Position numbers and translations under genes: made by a program. From assembly GCA_051294375.1 (NCBI GenBank), contig JBJCIZ010001366.1, positions 1-7,268 of the forward strand: DNA of 7,268 bases, given 5' to 3'. The notes below the pieces were generated by a model. It was not told the origin of the DNA, searched no databases, and saw nothing but the letters and a program-made list of their open reading frames with translations. Below, one piece after another: positions 7,243-7,268 of the stretch. Origin of the DNA: Paraspadella gotoi (Eukaryota; Animalia; Chaetognatha). Position 1 is the first letter of the stretch; each line of letters starts with the position of its first letter.

Positions 7243-7268
7243 CCGGAAGAGGAACCGACGAGGGATTG

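Overview
AT-rich eukaryotic DNA with no prokaryotic operon, CRISPR array, rRNA or tRNA. Short 45-62 nt introns and GTTTT-type donors suggest a nematode such as Meloidogyne (inference only). The window is dominated by two copies (~590-2455 and ~4505-5930) of a non-coding composite element whose layout matches non-autonomous Helentron/DINE-1-like (HINE) elements read on the minus strand: T-run, 14-bp terminal hairpin, conserved ~110-bp head, (GTCC)n microsatellite, then tandem ~150-185-bp core repeats. Copy 1 carries an extra 18-bp minisatellite array. Copy 2 carries an extra ~310-bp segment flanked by CCATA repeats and has lost its terminal hairpin by a precise 24-nt collapse. Between the copies, a 7-exon + strand gene model (~220 aa, no recognisable family) can be threaded through 2777-4360 if four small homopolymer indels are corrected; the ORF track misses it. 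Other candidate exons lie at 1-343 and ~6350-7242. There is also a 22-bp near-perfect palindrome and a (CCCTAA)-type tract between two ~55-bp direct repeats. Most listed ORFs are artefacts of repeats or low-complexity sequence.
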